A stretch of 63,189 nt of DNA, counting the filler, from Chiloscyllium plagiosum (Eukaryota), in the NCBI RefSeq assembly GCF_004010195.1. It is 3 parts of one record of this genome, joined end to end, with 100 filler letters (N's around TTAATTAATTAA, not from the genome) between each part and the next. Parts side by side here need not be neighbours in the genome. Positions count along the whole stretch, not along the records: positions 1 to 26,735 come from NC_057714.1; 2 more parts are not named here. One strand, given 5' to 3'. Each line of letters opens with the position of its first letter. Position 1 is the first letter of the stretch. This document shows positions 1-12,639 of the stretch, one piece after another. Position numbers and translations under genes: made by a program. A model generated the notes under the pieces. That model was not told where the DNA came from. It searched no databases and was given only the letters and a program-made list of their open reading frames with translations.

Positions 1-1734
1 AGGGTCAGAAAAAAAATCACAAGGGAGGGTTTGGAGGGTCAGGGGATATTGAAGACCCAGAGAAGAATTGGAGGGTTCAGGCTTAGAGGATTAGGGGTAG
101 CTCAGAGAGGGTGGGGGTGGTCACAGAGTGTAAGAGGGTCATTGGAGTGTCCAGGTTTGAAGGTGCAAGTCAGAGGTTTAGGAGTTCAGAAAGTTGGGGT
201 ATTGGATTGTGCCCGTTAGAACGCAGAAGTGAAGCCGGCAGTGGGTTTCCTCAATAGGGTGTGGGGTGGGCAGTAACACATAGTTTTAACATATCTAACA
301 TTTCCTGTGTAACTATCTCAGTTTATATTTCATTTTTTTTTCTTTTTTTTAGAGCACATTCCTGTTTAATTTTTTTTCTTTTTTAATCCCTTGTTTCTTT
401 TCAGTTTATATTTCATTCTCTCCCAAGCCCTGGAGACATTGGACAATTGCTCAACATGTTGCAACGGGGCTTCCCGTGGTTCTTTGGTGAAAGCGCCTGA
501 AGAACTGGGAGTTCTGGGACACTGCAGAGAACCTCAGAACTTGCAGGAAGGTACAGCCCCGCTGAGTTTGGAGTTGTCCTTGATTTACATAAACCGTAGT
601 ACTGAGACCAGCGCTTCTCTGGGCAGTCACCTCTCTGTCTCCACTCCAAGTAGGCGCTCGGTTCACGGTTCGGTTCAATTCACTGTAAGTAAGCCATCCA
701 CAAGAGCCGTGCTGTCTAGGGTTGGAATCATATTCTCCTTTAGATTTCTAAAAGCGACAGTCTTTGCAAACTTGCTTAGACAAGTTTTGAAAATCAATGG
801 CTGCAGAAATTACTGACGCCAGTGAGTTTTCTCTGTTGAAATCTAGCTGCTTTTTCACCTTTTCAATGAATTGAGAGATCGTATCATTGTGACAGATTTC
901 ACGCAGCTCCTATTTCCCAACAGCGAATTGCCAGCGATTTCAGGGTTTTTTTTTGCTTTATTTAACATGGTACATACTGATTGTGGTGCAAAATTCATCG
1001 TTTCCTGAAGTCTTTGTTGTCTTTGGTGATAAAAGGCGGTTTTCGAACTTAGCTGTTGCGCGATTTTATGCTAAATATTCCAGAAATATCAATATTGAGA
1101 ATGTTGATTTAGTTTTGCTTTCAATGTCAAACAGTTTGAGATAGTGGGATGACAATTGGGAAATGGTACAAGGGAGGCAGCGTCATTCTTCTTCACAAGG
1201 GACTTTCCTGCTGTGAGGGCTCACTGAAAGTCCCTGACCATTTTGCTTTAGGTATTACAGGTGGGAGGATGGAGAACGAGGCAGAAGTCAAAAAAAATTC
1301 ACTGAAATTCGCTGTCGCAGAAAGATTTTCTGCACGAAGAGCAAAAAGGTAGTCAGGAAACATCCATCAATGAAAGGTGCTTAGGAGAGCAGTTTATGAT
1401 GCTGAAAGGTCAGGGAATTGAGCAGAACAGAAGAGCAGATGAAATGAAGATTGAGTAAAGAAATTGTGATAATGTAACAGACTGTTTTCTGGGTTAAGTG
1501 GCTTTGTTTTAAGATTACTTCTTAATCCCATCAAAGACTGAAAGAGCTAACATCAGCCGAGGTGCTAAATAACAACAAAAAGTGCTGGTGAAACTCAGAG
1601 GTCTGACGGATATATGGACAGAGAAACAAAGTTAATGCTTTCAAGTCCATTATTTCAAACCTGCAGCATCTGTAGTATTTTGCTTTTACTGTCTGAGGTG
1701 TTATTTGGTTTAGTGCCAAAACTGCTGAATTCCG

Positions 1735-2250
1735 TCATAGAGATGTACAGGACGGAAACAATTCATTCTAACTCTTCCATGCCAACCAGACATCCTAAAT
1801 TAATCTAGTCCCATTTGCCAGCATTTGGCCCATGCCCCTCTAAACCTATTTATTCATATAACCATCCACGTGCCTTTTAAATGTAAATATACCAACATCC
1901 ACCACTTCCTCTTGAGGTATACAAGATAATGAGAGGCTTAGATAGAGTCGATAGCCAGAGACTATTTCTCAGGGCAGAAATGACTAACACGAGGTGTCAT
2001 AGTTTTAAGCTGGTTGGAGGAAAGTATAGAGGGGATGTCAGAGGCGGGTTCTTTACACAGAGAGTTGTGAGAGCATGGAATGCGTTGCCAGCAGCAGTTG
2101 TGGAGGCAGGGTCATTGGGGACATTTAAGAGACTCCTCGACATACATATGGTCACAGAAATTTGAGGGTGCATACATGAGGATCAGTGGTCGGCACAACA
2201 TCGTGGGCTAAAGGGCCTGTTCTGTGCTGTACTGTTCTATGTTCTATGTT
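1735..2250. mobile_element. Two abutting CR1 3' fragments (minus 1735-1912, plus 1913-2250)
   Basis: CR1 C-terminal ORF (FFTQRVVRAWNALP) with gttctat tail; catagagatgtac tail on the other fragment. Confidence 0.85.
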
Positions 2251-3079
2251 CTCTCTCAAAATTTAAACAAAGAAGCTCTATTTCACAAATCATTTTATTT
2301 AATTGACCCAGCTGTCTGCTTTCACTCAATTCATCTACTGGGCTGCTGATAGGGGTTAAAGTGGAGGAAGCAAGCTCATATGAAAACGTTTATGGTACAG
2401 TGGGCTTAATACTTGTACCATCTCTAAAAAATGCACCACCTTTGAGCAACATCAAGCTAGACAATTGCTTACTTGCAAAGAGAAACAGTAGCTTATTAGA
2501 GATTTGTCAACACCATTGATCCAAAAGGTAAAGGGAGAATTAAAATAGTATTATCCGATTTACCCCATTGCTACTGAGAAGGAAATACTGAACTAGTATT
2601 TTAATGGTACACAATCACAGATGTTAGAAACACCCTAAACCGTTTCACATAGACAGAGCTGCACAGTGCAGTTAATTCTGTTTCACAGGTGAATCTTATC
2701 ACTAATTTGATCAATTGAAATGGAGGTAGTGCAGTTTAGGGGACCCAAGTTCAAGTTGCATTAAGTCAACTCATTCAGCCTCGGAGTCTCTAGGGAAGGG
2801 GTAAGGTCCAGTTTGAGATTGTCAGTGGCATTAATTTGCCCCACTCCCATCCTTCTATTTGTTATCAAGCTGTATGTGAAAGTTGAGTGCTACCTTGCGT
2901 GGAAAGAGGAAAGAGGAAAGACCATAAAGAGAAAAAAAGAGGGTTGTCCTTGAGGAGAATCTCTTGTGGAGATTCTCACAATTAGAGATGTGATGGAGGC
3001 CAGAGAAACAGTACAAAATATCTAAAGATGCTATGGAAATATGATGATGTGCCATGCATCACAGATAGATAGAGATGGC

Positions 3080-3810
3080 GTTAAGCATCCTTGCCTTCAT
3101 TGCTCAGACCTTTGACTATTAGAATTCCAAAATTATGTTAAGGTTGTACAGGAAGTTGGTGAGGCCTCTTCTGGTGTACTATGTCCAGTTCTAGCCGCTC
3201 TATTATAGTAAGGATATTTTTAAGGTGGCGAGGTTCAGAAGAGATTTGCTAGGATGTTGCTGGGAATGGAGAGTTTGAGCCATTGGGAGAGGTTGCATAG
3301 GCTGGGACATTTTTCACGGGAGCATAGGAGGCTGAGAGGTGACGTTCGAGGTGACATAGATAAGGTGAATGCCAGATGTATTTTCCAAAATGCAGGGGAT
3401 TTCAAAAGTAGGAGGCATATTTTTAAGGTGAGAGGAGAAAGATTTTAAAAAAGATATGAGTATTTTTTTTTTACAGAGAGTGGTTCGTGTGTGGAATGGA
3501 CTTTTGGAATAGAATGAAATATCCTTTATTATCACGTGTATTCCAGTACATGCAGTGAGAAGTTTTTACAATGGCTGCCTCTAATGTTGCCATCTTAGGT
3601 ATAAGTACTTAGGAACAAATCTTTGGTGGCTGTGGGTACAGTTACAATGTTTAAAAGACATTCCTAAATAAGTGTGTGAATAAGAAATGTTTGTAGTGGT
3701 ATGGGCCGAGAGCAGGCAGCTGGGATTGGCTTAGTTTGGGATTATGGTCGGTGTGGACTGGTTAGACTGAAGGGTCAGTTTCCGCGATGTATGACTCTGT
3801 GACTCTACTG
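3080..3810 (+). mobile_element. CR1 3' fragment with a small insertion at ~3510-3620
   Basis: RRLRGD and FKVRGERF motifs; tatgactctgtgactcta tail. Confidence 0.85.
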
Positions 3811-4269
3811 TATTACTTAAAGATGGAGATTTCAGTTATGATTGTTGTGATATTTCCTCAAAGACCATGCAGTTGAATGCACTGATTAACATACTGCTAA
3901 ACATGTATGTAAATAGTTTGGCATATATCATCATAAGAATTGATAAAATCTAATATATGCCATGAGCAGTGTTAATCAGGAGGTAATGTTGTTTGGATCA
4001 CTAATCATTGTTCTATGTTCCTTGGTTTTAAGAACCAAAACACAACGCAAGAGATGAAGAAACTTAGAATGATCATATTCAGTCACTTCATGTGGCAAAA
4101 GTAATTTCTATATAATTTCCTATGTTTGTACTCATGACGGGGTTTAATTTTCTTTAATTTCCATGTCCAAATGTTATGACTTCTGGAAATTTCAACCAAT
4201 TCAATCACCTTTCTACCTTTTATATTAAAACCGTTACATTGAGTAATTCTAAAGGTTGTGAAAAATTGA

Positions 4270-4481
4270 GTTAAAAATTAAAAACACTAGGTTATAGTCC
4301 AACAGGTTTAATTGGAAGCACACTAGCTTTCAGAGCGACGCTCCTTCTATCACCTGATGAAGGAGCGTCATTCTGAAAGCTAATGTGCTTCCAATTAAAC
4401 CTGTTGGACTATAACCTGGTGTTGTGTGATTTTTTTTTTCTAACTTTGTACACCCCAGTCCAACACCAGCATCTCCAAATC
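4270..4481. mobile_element. Short Penelope-derived inverted-repeat element with 12-bp TSD
   Basis: Arms ggttatagtccaacaggtttaattggaagcac / gtgcttccaattaaacctgttggactataacc; gtgaaaaattga duplicated at 4258-4269 and 4482-4493. Confidence 0.85.
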
Positions 4482-4824
4482 GTGAAAAATTGAAATAGTG
4501 ACCATCCATTATCGTCCACAGGGATTTGAGGAGGATAGTTCTGCTCTGTTAAGATTGGCTTTACATTATATGTTGTTATTATTTGAAATGGTGGCATAGT
4601 GGTCATGCCACTGATCGAGTAATCCAAAGGTCTGGAATAATTCTGTGGGGCCATGAGTTCAAATTTTACCATTGGCAGATTGTGGAATTTCAATTCAAAT
4701 TAATAAAGAACTGAAATATAAATGATGACTATGAAACTATCAGCAATTGACATAAAATCCCATCTGGTTCACTGATTGGTCTTTTTTAATTATTAAACCA
4801 ATCAGTTGAAGAGCAATTAGGGAT

Positions 4825-5426
4825 TATGACAATTCTATGGTTTTAAGAGGTTTAGCTTGTCCTGTTTTCTTTCCAAAAGAGTTTTAAGACAGATTCTGAG
4901 CTGTCTATTCAAAGCCAATAAAGTAACAGCTTGTGAGGCCTTGGGATTTTTCTTAAAGTTGTAACAATAGAAGCAGCCTGAATGGGTGGGGGTCAAGCTC
5001 CCACGGAACCAGGATTTTTAGTTTTAGTTTTTCAGTAGCAGTGGCTGGGGTCTTGAAGGTACAGCACACCTCTCCATGCTACTCGCTCTCTCTCTTCTTG
5101 AGCTGGAGAATTGCCTGTAGGACAATCTACTTTACTGAATTTGCCTTTTGCCAAGGAACCGTTTATGGGATGTTTCTACATTTGAACAGTTAGCATTTAG
5201 TTGTTAAATAATCTATAATTCTGTTAAGTTTCCCCAACAGAGTTAAGTTATTCCAGTTTCTTCTTTCTTTTGTTGTATTTTAACTAGTGTTGAATAAATT
5301 TTGTTTGCTTCAAATCTGGTAGTCTGACCAATTGAATTGCATCTCGGTGCAACAGCTGACACTTATCTTCAAAATAAGAGAAAGTTGGGGTCTAGATTTT
5401 GACGGGGCTTGGTCTGATCCATAACA
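4825..5426 (+). mobile_element. Probable solo LTR inserted into a SINE
   Basis: Ends ...CATAACA and begins (t)tatgac; GGAT on both sides (4821-4824, 5427-5430); the interrupted SINE tail caattagggat|gggtaacaaatgctg rejoins across it; AATAAA inside. Confidence 0.6.
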
Positions 5427-5566
5427 GGATGGGTAACAAATGCTGACCTTACCAGCATCAGACTCATCTGATAAAAGAATAAAGGATTATGTTGTCACTA
5501 ACAACCACTACCTTCATACTCACTGCGGCAAACGAGGATTGTTGAGTAATATTTCAACTTACACAC

Positions 5567-5759
5567 CTGTCAGTGCAGGCATGTTGGTTTCACTCAGTTT
5601 CATTGCATCTGTGTACTGTTTCACTGCATCCTGCAGTTTACCCTGGAGAAATAATTGGAAACCCAGCTCTGTTGCAATCTCTGCATCCGTGGGAGCCATG
5701 TATAGTGAACGCTCCACCAGATTGTATGTCTGATCCAAAACAGTCTGGTTCCTGCCACA
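5567..5759 (-). CDS. TTC21A: TTC21A-like coding exon (exon 9 equivalent)
   Basis: ttgacag|TGT...ACA G|gtgtg; 193 bp; CGRNQTVLDQTYNLVERSLYMAPTDAEIATELGFQLFLQGKLQDAVKQYTDAMKLSETNMPALT(G) with the ATELG motif. The gene presumably continues off the left edge. Confidence 0.92.
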
Positions 5760-6029
5760 CTGTCAAAGGCATAAAGTGCACAACAGGTTAAATCTATATT
5801 GGCAATTAAAACGTTCAAAGTGAATTGGATACACATTTTAAGGGAAAACTTGTAGGGCTTTGCTAATGGTACAGGGGAATAAATTTGCCATAGCCTTACT
5901 AGATTATAGAGATGCTCTGTCATTAGCAAGAGAGACAACTGGTGGTGGTGTAACCTGAGGAGAGTCACCTAGTGGGGATAATTCAATAGAAAGACTTGGT
6001 AAGGTATGATGGCCAGGTCTATGATTCTG

Positions 6030-6158
6030 AGCCAAGATCAGAGTGTTGCTGGGAAAGCACAGCAGGTCAGGCAGCATCCGAGGAGCAGGAAAATCGGCGT
6101 TTTGGACAGGAGCCCTTCAAAAGGAATCTCCAGCATCTGCAGTCCTCACTTTCATCTG
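6030..6158. mobile_element. Short Penelope-derived element with ~14-bp TSD
   Basis: gcacagcaggtcaggcagcatccgaggagcagg core; ggtc(t/a)atgattctg on both flanks. Confidence 0.75.
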
Positions 6159-6344
6159 GGTCAATGATTCTGTCAAGAATCTATGCTTCAGCTGACAACA
6201 TACAAAATAAACTTCAAAGCAAGGATTCTCACAACATCAACGTTAAAATTGGAATTGACGCTCATGAGAATATTGCTCCACCTTTATTTGGAAAGGTGCA
6301 CGTCAAGACCAAATGTCCAAAATGAGAAAAACGACATTACTTAC

Positions 6345-6443
6345 CATTCTGCTTACTAAAACAGCTACACGTTGGTAAAGTTTTGGATTCTGAGGTTCCT
6401 TTTTCTCCAAGGCACTATTGAGCTGTTTCACATAATTTTCAGC
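6345..6443 (-). CDS. TTC21A: TTC21A-like coding exon (exon 8 equivalent; not in the ORF track)
   Basis: atatag|GCT...ATG|gtaagt; 99 bp; AENYVKQLNSALEKKEPQNPKLYQRVAVLVSRM, compare TTC21A ALETREPENPSL...VSRL. Confidence 0.9.
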
Positions 6444-6562
6444 CTATATTAATAAATGGATTGTAAAAACATATAAATGATGGTGCATTGTATTCAGAGC
6501 CACAGCAGTCCACCATTGGAGGATTTTGGGCTGGCAACCCCTCCCATTGCTCCACCCCTTGA

Positions 6563-6857
6563 TAGAACCCCAACAGTGTGGAAACAGGCTATTTGGCCCA
6601 ACAAGTCCACACCAACCCTCTGAAGACTAACCCAATCAGATCCATTCCCCTACTCTACATTTGCCCCTAACCCACACATCACTGAACAATTTCCCATGGC
6701 CAGTTCACCTAACCCGGACATCTTTGGATTGTGGAACGAAACCCAAGCAGACACAGGGAGAATGTGCAAACTCCACACAGACAGTCACCCAAGGGTGGAA
6801 TCAAACCTGGGTCCTTGGCACTGTGAGGTAGCAGTGCTAACCCACTGAGCCACCATT
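6563..6857 (-). mobile_element. tRNA-derived V-SINE (HE1-like)
   Basis: Minus strand has ggtggctcagtgg A-box, ggtttgattcc B-box, gtgtggagtttgcacattctccc V-domain and a CR1-like tail. Confidence 0.85.
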
Positions 6858-7799
6858 CCACTGTTCCATGCTAACCAATGCCAACAACAAAAGTTTCTTC
6901 CTCTTTTGTGGCATTTAGCTGTTGTGCCCCTGTCTAGATTGAAGTTCTTATGAGAAGAAAGAAACAAAAATTGTTTGGAAAGCTCAGCAGGTCTGGCAGC
7001 ATCTGTGGTAAGAAATCAAAGTTAATGTTTTAGATCGAGTGACCCTTCCACAGAACTGGTTGTAATGAGGTCTGGAGTGATTTTGAGAAGACTTGAACTG
7101 AACATCGGTGAATATGTTATTGGTAAAAAGAAGATATTTGACCAACTATTGATGACTTCTTCATAACCTTATTGCTGATTCATAAAAATATGGGCAGTAA
7201 TTGGCTGCTTCATATTCCTTCTGTTCTATATGAGTAGAGCAAACCCATGCAATATTTTATAATTATGGGTAAATATTAATATTCTAGATGTACTGGAACA
7301 ACTTTGCTAAGTGAGCAGTTAGCCTTGCTGCACAGGGTTTCAATACTACAGTTGAGATATTGTCTGGTCCATATGAACCAAGACCTGGACAACATCCAGG
7401 CTTGAACTAATAAGTGGCAAGTAACATTTGTGTCATATAACTGCTAGGCAATGACCATTTCCCACAAGAGAGAATCTATCCATCACCCCTTCATGTTCAT
7501 CTGCTGAAACCCCACATTAACATCCTGCAGCAGTTCAAGAAGGCAGCTCACCAACATCTCCTCCACAACAATTAGAGATGGGCCTTAAATGCTGGCCCTG
7601 CCCTGACACACACGCACATCTCATTAATGAATAAATAAAAACAAAAGACCTTTGTTGTGTCCAGTGCACTCAGATGTATTCTAATGTCACACAGAAGCGA
7701 ATCAAATTGACTGTGTTATGGTACCTATGATGGTGGGAGGAGGTTGCATAGGAACATTCAGGTTGAACGTTTGGCTGATAAATCCTGCATGCTGTACAA

Positions 7800-9580
7800 C
7801 TTTGTCATCAAATGGGACAAGGGCAGGACATAAGCCACAACCTTGAAGTAGCTAAGCACTGTGAAGACACGTACACACACACTCTCACACATGATCACAC
7901 TCACTCACAGACTCTCACTCATACACGTGCGCACACGCACACAGTGCACACCCTCTCACAGGCATATACTCTGTCACACTCATGCACATGCTCCATCAAA
8001 CACACATGTTCTCTCTCTTTCTTTCTCTCTCACTCACACACACATGCTTTCCCTCTCTCTCCACCCACACACACATGCTTTCCCTCTCTCTCCACCCACA
8101 CACACACAAATCTATGGGATGAATTGTATTTGCAGATACATTCTATTTTGTTCAAAAAGCACACAATCTGTAGGCAGTCAGTCAATGTGACATTTTATAA
8201 ATTCCTACTTTGGAAATATAACTAGTCTGACTCAAGTTGGGATACAGACAGACTCTAAGCTTTAATGCATTGTCCGAGTAATTAAAAACTTAACAGCAAT
8301 CTAAATTTGTTCAATACATCACATTAGTTATAGAGTCATAGAGATGTCCAGCACAGAAACAGACCCTTCGGTCCATCTCGTGCATGCTGGCCAGATATCC
8401 TAAATTAATTTAGTCCCATTTGCCAGCATTTGGCCCAAATCCTTCCTATTCATATACCCTTCCAGATGATTTTTAAATGTTGTAATTGTACCAGCTTCTA
8501 TCACTTCCTTTGGTAGTTCATTTCCATACATGCACTACCCTCTGAAAACATTGCCCCTTAGGTCCCTTTTAAATCTTTCCTTCTCAACCTAAAATAATGC
8601 CCTCTAGTTCCAGATTCATTCACCCCAGGGAAAATACCTTGTCTATTTATCCTATCCATGCCTCTCATGATTTTATAAACCTCTATAAGGTCACCCCTCA
8701 GCCTCTGACACTCCAGGGAAAACAGCCACAGCCTATTCAGCCTCTCCTTATAGTTCAAACCCTCCAGCCCTGGCATCATCCCTGTAAATCTTTTCTGAAT
8801 TCTTTCAAGTTTCACAACATCCTTCCTATAGGAGGGAGACCAGAATTGCACACAATACTCCAAAAGTAGCCTAACTAATGTCCTGTACAACCGCAACATG
8901 ACCTCCCAACTTCTATACTCAAAGCTCAGATCTGACCACTAAAGGAAAGCATACCAAGCGCCTTCTTCACTATCCTGTCTACCTGCAACTCCACTTTCAA
9001 GGACTTATGAACCTGCACCCCAAGATGACTTTGTTCAGCAATACTCCTCAGGACCTTACTATTAAGCGTATAAGTCCTGCCCTGATTTGCCTTTCCAAAA
9101 TGCAGCTCCTCACATTTATTTAAATTAAACTCCATCTGCCACTTCTTGGCCCATCTGATCAAGATCCTGTTGCACTTTGTAACCTTTGATGTCTACTACA
9201 CCTCCAATTTTGGTGTCATTTGCAAACTTACTAACTGTACCTCCAGTGTTCACATCCAAATCATTTATATAAATGACAAAATGCAATGGACCCAGCACCG
9301 ATCCTTGTGGCACACTGCTCATCACAGGCCTCCAGTCTGAAAATCAATCCTCCACCACCACCCTCTCTCTTCTACCCTTGAGCCAGTTCTGTATCCAAAT
9401 GGCTTGTATAACACTTTGATCTTTTACTATAAATTCTGTAGCCTATGATCCTACCCCACTAGCTACCTGGGGAAGGAGCAATGTTCCAAAAGCTTGTATT
9501 TTCAAATAACCTGTTGGTCTATGACCTGGTGTTGTGTGATTTTTAACTTTGTCCAGCCCAGTCTAACAACGGTACCTCCA
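7800..9580 (+). mobile_element. Penelope-like element 3' region (CA/CT microsatellite and degenerate hammerhead), split by a CR1
   Basis: The 9406-9580 part resembles the 51790-51965 terminus (cctgttgg..tat.acctggtgttgtgtgatttttaactttg). Confidence 0.6.
8328..9405 (-). mobile_element. CR1 LINE 3' fragment inserted into a Penelope-like element
   Basis: [17 protein letters not shown] and LEYCVQFWSP ORFs; tatagagtcatagag tail. Confidence 0.93.
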
Positions 9581-9763
9581 ATTCTTGTATTAATTTTGAT
9601 CAGACCTTAAAGAACCCATTAGGCACTTTCAGTCACACAATACAGATGTGAAATAAGGTCCTGGAGGACAACCAAAAAACAGAGCTGAGTCTATGGCTCA
9701 GGACACCTGACATTATTCTGTGTTAATAAATCAACATATCTCACTATCTAATAGCTTCCTCAC

Positions 9764-9848
9764 CTCAGTCTGATCTCCTTCTTTACAAAGTGCATGAAGA
9801 CACAAGATTAGCAATGCATCTATGTTGGTACCATCCTTCAGCATAATT
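9764..9848 (-). CDS. TTC21A: TTC21A-like coding exon (exon 7 equivalent)
   Basis: aacaag|A ATT...GAG|gtgag; 85 bp; IMLKDGTNIDALLILCLHALCKEGDQTE, compare TTC21A ILEKDESNIDA...EG; phase fits both neighbours. Confidence 0.88.
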
Positions 9849-10472
9849 CTTGTTTTAATGAGGAGAAAAAGAAGGGTTTGATAAGTGTATAATCTATTTA
9901 TGTACCCATCACATATGCTCCCTTTACATATAATGGACAATCGTACTGTTTTATTTCTGGTAAAAACAGTCATAAAATTATGATTACATTGAAATGAAGG
10001 TGATTTATTGCATCATTATTCAAATGTTCATTAACTAATTCACCTTTAACTCATTTTATCTGTGGCCTTTCACAAAATGTTCACAGGTTCATTTATGATA
10101 TAGATATGCTGTCACTTTTGCATTCTTAGCGACTCGTTGCTAGTACCAACTAACAATGGGCCACAACAAAAGCAAGAGGTAGGAGGCCACCTCTGGCAGG
10201 TACTCATACAGGGGAAAAGCTGTCAGGAAAAATGACAGCTGAGGTTGAGTAATGATCAGAGAAAGCTCAAGTTGTAGGAGTTTCCTTTAAGAAAAAGATT
10301 TATCAAATGAGCCATTGGAAGCCCTACAAGAACAAAAATCTTAAATCATTGTACACAACTGATAAGCAGATTAGGAGTCTGATTTATGTTATTCGTTAAT
10401 CAGCACCATTCACTGTTCATGTGCTTGATACGATAATCACATTACTTCTATTATCGTCCTCCCCTCACTTAC

Positions 10473-10630
10473 CTTTGTGCAGTTTCTAAAGTTTGATCCC
10501 AGTTGTTCTGGGCCAAGAACAGTTTCATCTTCAGAATGAGAGCTGGCATGAATGTGGGAGTGGTGGCAATAATCTGGTTGACGGTTTCCAGGGCACTCAG
10601 GAAATTCTGTTCCTTCTGAAGATAGCAGAC
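10473..10630 (-). CDS. TTC21A: TTC21A-like coding exon (exon 6 equivalent)
   Basis: tcacag|GTC...CAA AG|gtaag; 158 bp; [52 protein letters not shown](R). Confidence 0.93.
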
Positions 10631-11303
10631 CTGTGATTCAGAAATCAGCAGTGGGTGGCAAGCCAGCATTTAACACAGTACCTGTGTTAGCACCTACTGT
10701 AAGTACCTTCTATCCACCCTATTAATCTTAACACTGTTTAATTAAATCTACAATTCCCAAGGAATACAAGACTGGAATAAGCAACCATCTTCTTTCTGTT
10801 TCTTTTGGGAGATTAAATGAAATGGAATATAGCCATTTACAAGCCAGTCAAGTGTGCACACACAAACATTTAATTCAGCAATAAATCAACAGTCTCATGT
10901 TGAAAGGCCATAGATATTCGATGTGGAAAGCTGAAAGATCACACAAGTGTGGTAGGTGATGGATGTCTGAACCCCATTAACTGAATCAAAAACCAACACT
11001 TGATTGAAGTTTGAACCAACAGGTACACACATTCTGCTTCTTTAAGTCAAAAGCATAAGAGCAAGCATCTGATGCTAATACATGTGCTATGTCCCTTCAA
11101 AATGATGGATACTTGAAGAAATGGGGCATTGCTAGGAGAGGTGGTAATTATCGTCCCAAATGAGAGAGCTGGCAACGCAACATAACTGTTTGCATTCTCC
11201 CATTCGTATAGAAGCTGCTGTAAGTGAACTCAGAAGGTTCATTAAAAATGTAAATTCCTGTTTATCAAACTGCATGACACAGAGTCAACAGGTGATAGCT
11301 CAC

Positions 11304-11426
11304 CTTTCCCATCAATCCAAATATATCTTTCAAATCGCATAGTCCTTCCTCTAGGTAACTGATGGCCTTCTTTACATTCCCATTGTTGTTGTCTGTTAGT
11401 TCAATCCATCCTTTCAGTATTAATGT
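11304..11426 (-). CDS. TTC21A: TTC21A-like coding exon (exon 5 equivalent; not in the ORF track)
   Basis: gacag|ACA...AAG|gtgag; 123 bp; TLILKGWIELTDNNNGNVKKAISYLEEGLCDLKDIFGLMGK, closer to TTC21A (LRGWVDLT...KKAIEYLEQG...GLMGK) than to TTC21B. Confidence 0.92.
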
Positions 11427-12374
11427 CTGTCAGCATAAACAATATGGAAACTGAATACAAATGGTTCTGTCAGTGCAGACATGAAGGACCAAATGGCCCT
11501 TTCTGTTCTATGACAATAGCAAAGTACAACAAAAGCTGGAAGTCTGTTGTATGAGCAAAAGCACTGAAATAATCAGGGGGAACATCAGTGTTCTAACAAA
11601 AGGTCACTGGCCTGAAACATTGGAAACTAAGAGAGAGGAAAGAGCTGGGTGGCTGGGGCAGTTACGAGGGTATTTATGGAGGCAGGAGCTGAAATGTTGG
11701 TTTCCTGACATTAAATTAAATGTGAGCAGTTCAGGCACCATGATGTCTATTTTTTGGGAGCCTATTTATCATGTAGAATGTACAATAGATATTTTTAATC
11801 AACCTGTTCAAAGATGTTATTACACATCTCTGAAGTAAGTGGGACTTGAACCTGAATCTCCTAACTTAGAAGTAGTGACATTACTATTGCACCACAATAG
11901 TCCTATGTTTATAAATCATCAACACCCATTAATTGGGAACTTCATCAAATTAAGTCGGGCCTTCAAGAGCATGTCAGCAGCAGTCAGGAAGAAACCTGTG
12001 CCCCCTATTTCTGCACAGTTTAAAGAGGCGTACACTAGATATATTTGCTCAATATTTGGATATTAGGTGAGGTTTTGTCTGTGTTTAGTTCTGCAACAGA
12101 ACCAACCAGACCTAGAGAAGCTAGACAGTGTGGTACTAGCATGGAAAAGGGCTACATTTTGTAAGATCTTCAGAAACTGCATAGTTCAGCATTGCAGGAC
12201 TTAACCCACCTAAGGAACCCTTTATGGTTACGTCAGGTTGGCTCAGAGAGCACTCTCTCACTTTTGATAAGGACCAGCTTTGGTCAGTGCCCACTCCCAA
12301 GATCACTAGCCCCAACCTGGCCTGTGTTCTGGTGTGTAACATTCCATGATGTAGAATTAGGTGCTTTAGGGTCG

Positions 12375-12615
12375 TAGTGAGGGAGTACTGCATTGTTAGA
12401 AGTGTCACAAACTGAAATTCCATTTGGTTATCCCGGTGGTTCAGGCAGATACATTGGAATGCTTCTGACTATCTTTTAAGGAAAATAAGTGAAGATTGTC
12501 CTGGTGTCAACTCTGTCAACCAACATCAATTAAAAAAAACATAGTCAGCAATCATTCACCCCAGTGCTGTTTGTGGGATTTTCATGTATACATAATGGCT
12601 GTGGCATTTCCCAAT
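12375..12615 (+). mobile_element. Degenerate Deu-domain SINE
   Basis: gtgagggagtactgcattgt...caaccaacatca...gctgtttgtgggat...ggctgtggcatttccc resembles the Deu-SINE core as recalled. Confidence 0.6.
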
Positions 12616-12639
12616 TAAAGTAACAATGACTGTTTTTCA

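Noticed and set aside
4350..4386. Functional hammerheads at 4353, 18630, 59978 and 9466
   Set aside because: Core or stem II is mutated or truncated in each copy.
6790..6857. tRNA gene
   Set aside because: A and B boxes belong to a SINE head that continues into a V-domain and a LINE-like tail.
7812..8225. His/Thr-rich ORFs
   Set aside because: Translation of a CA/CT microsatellite.
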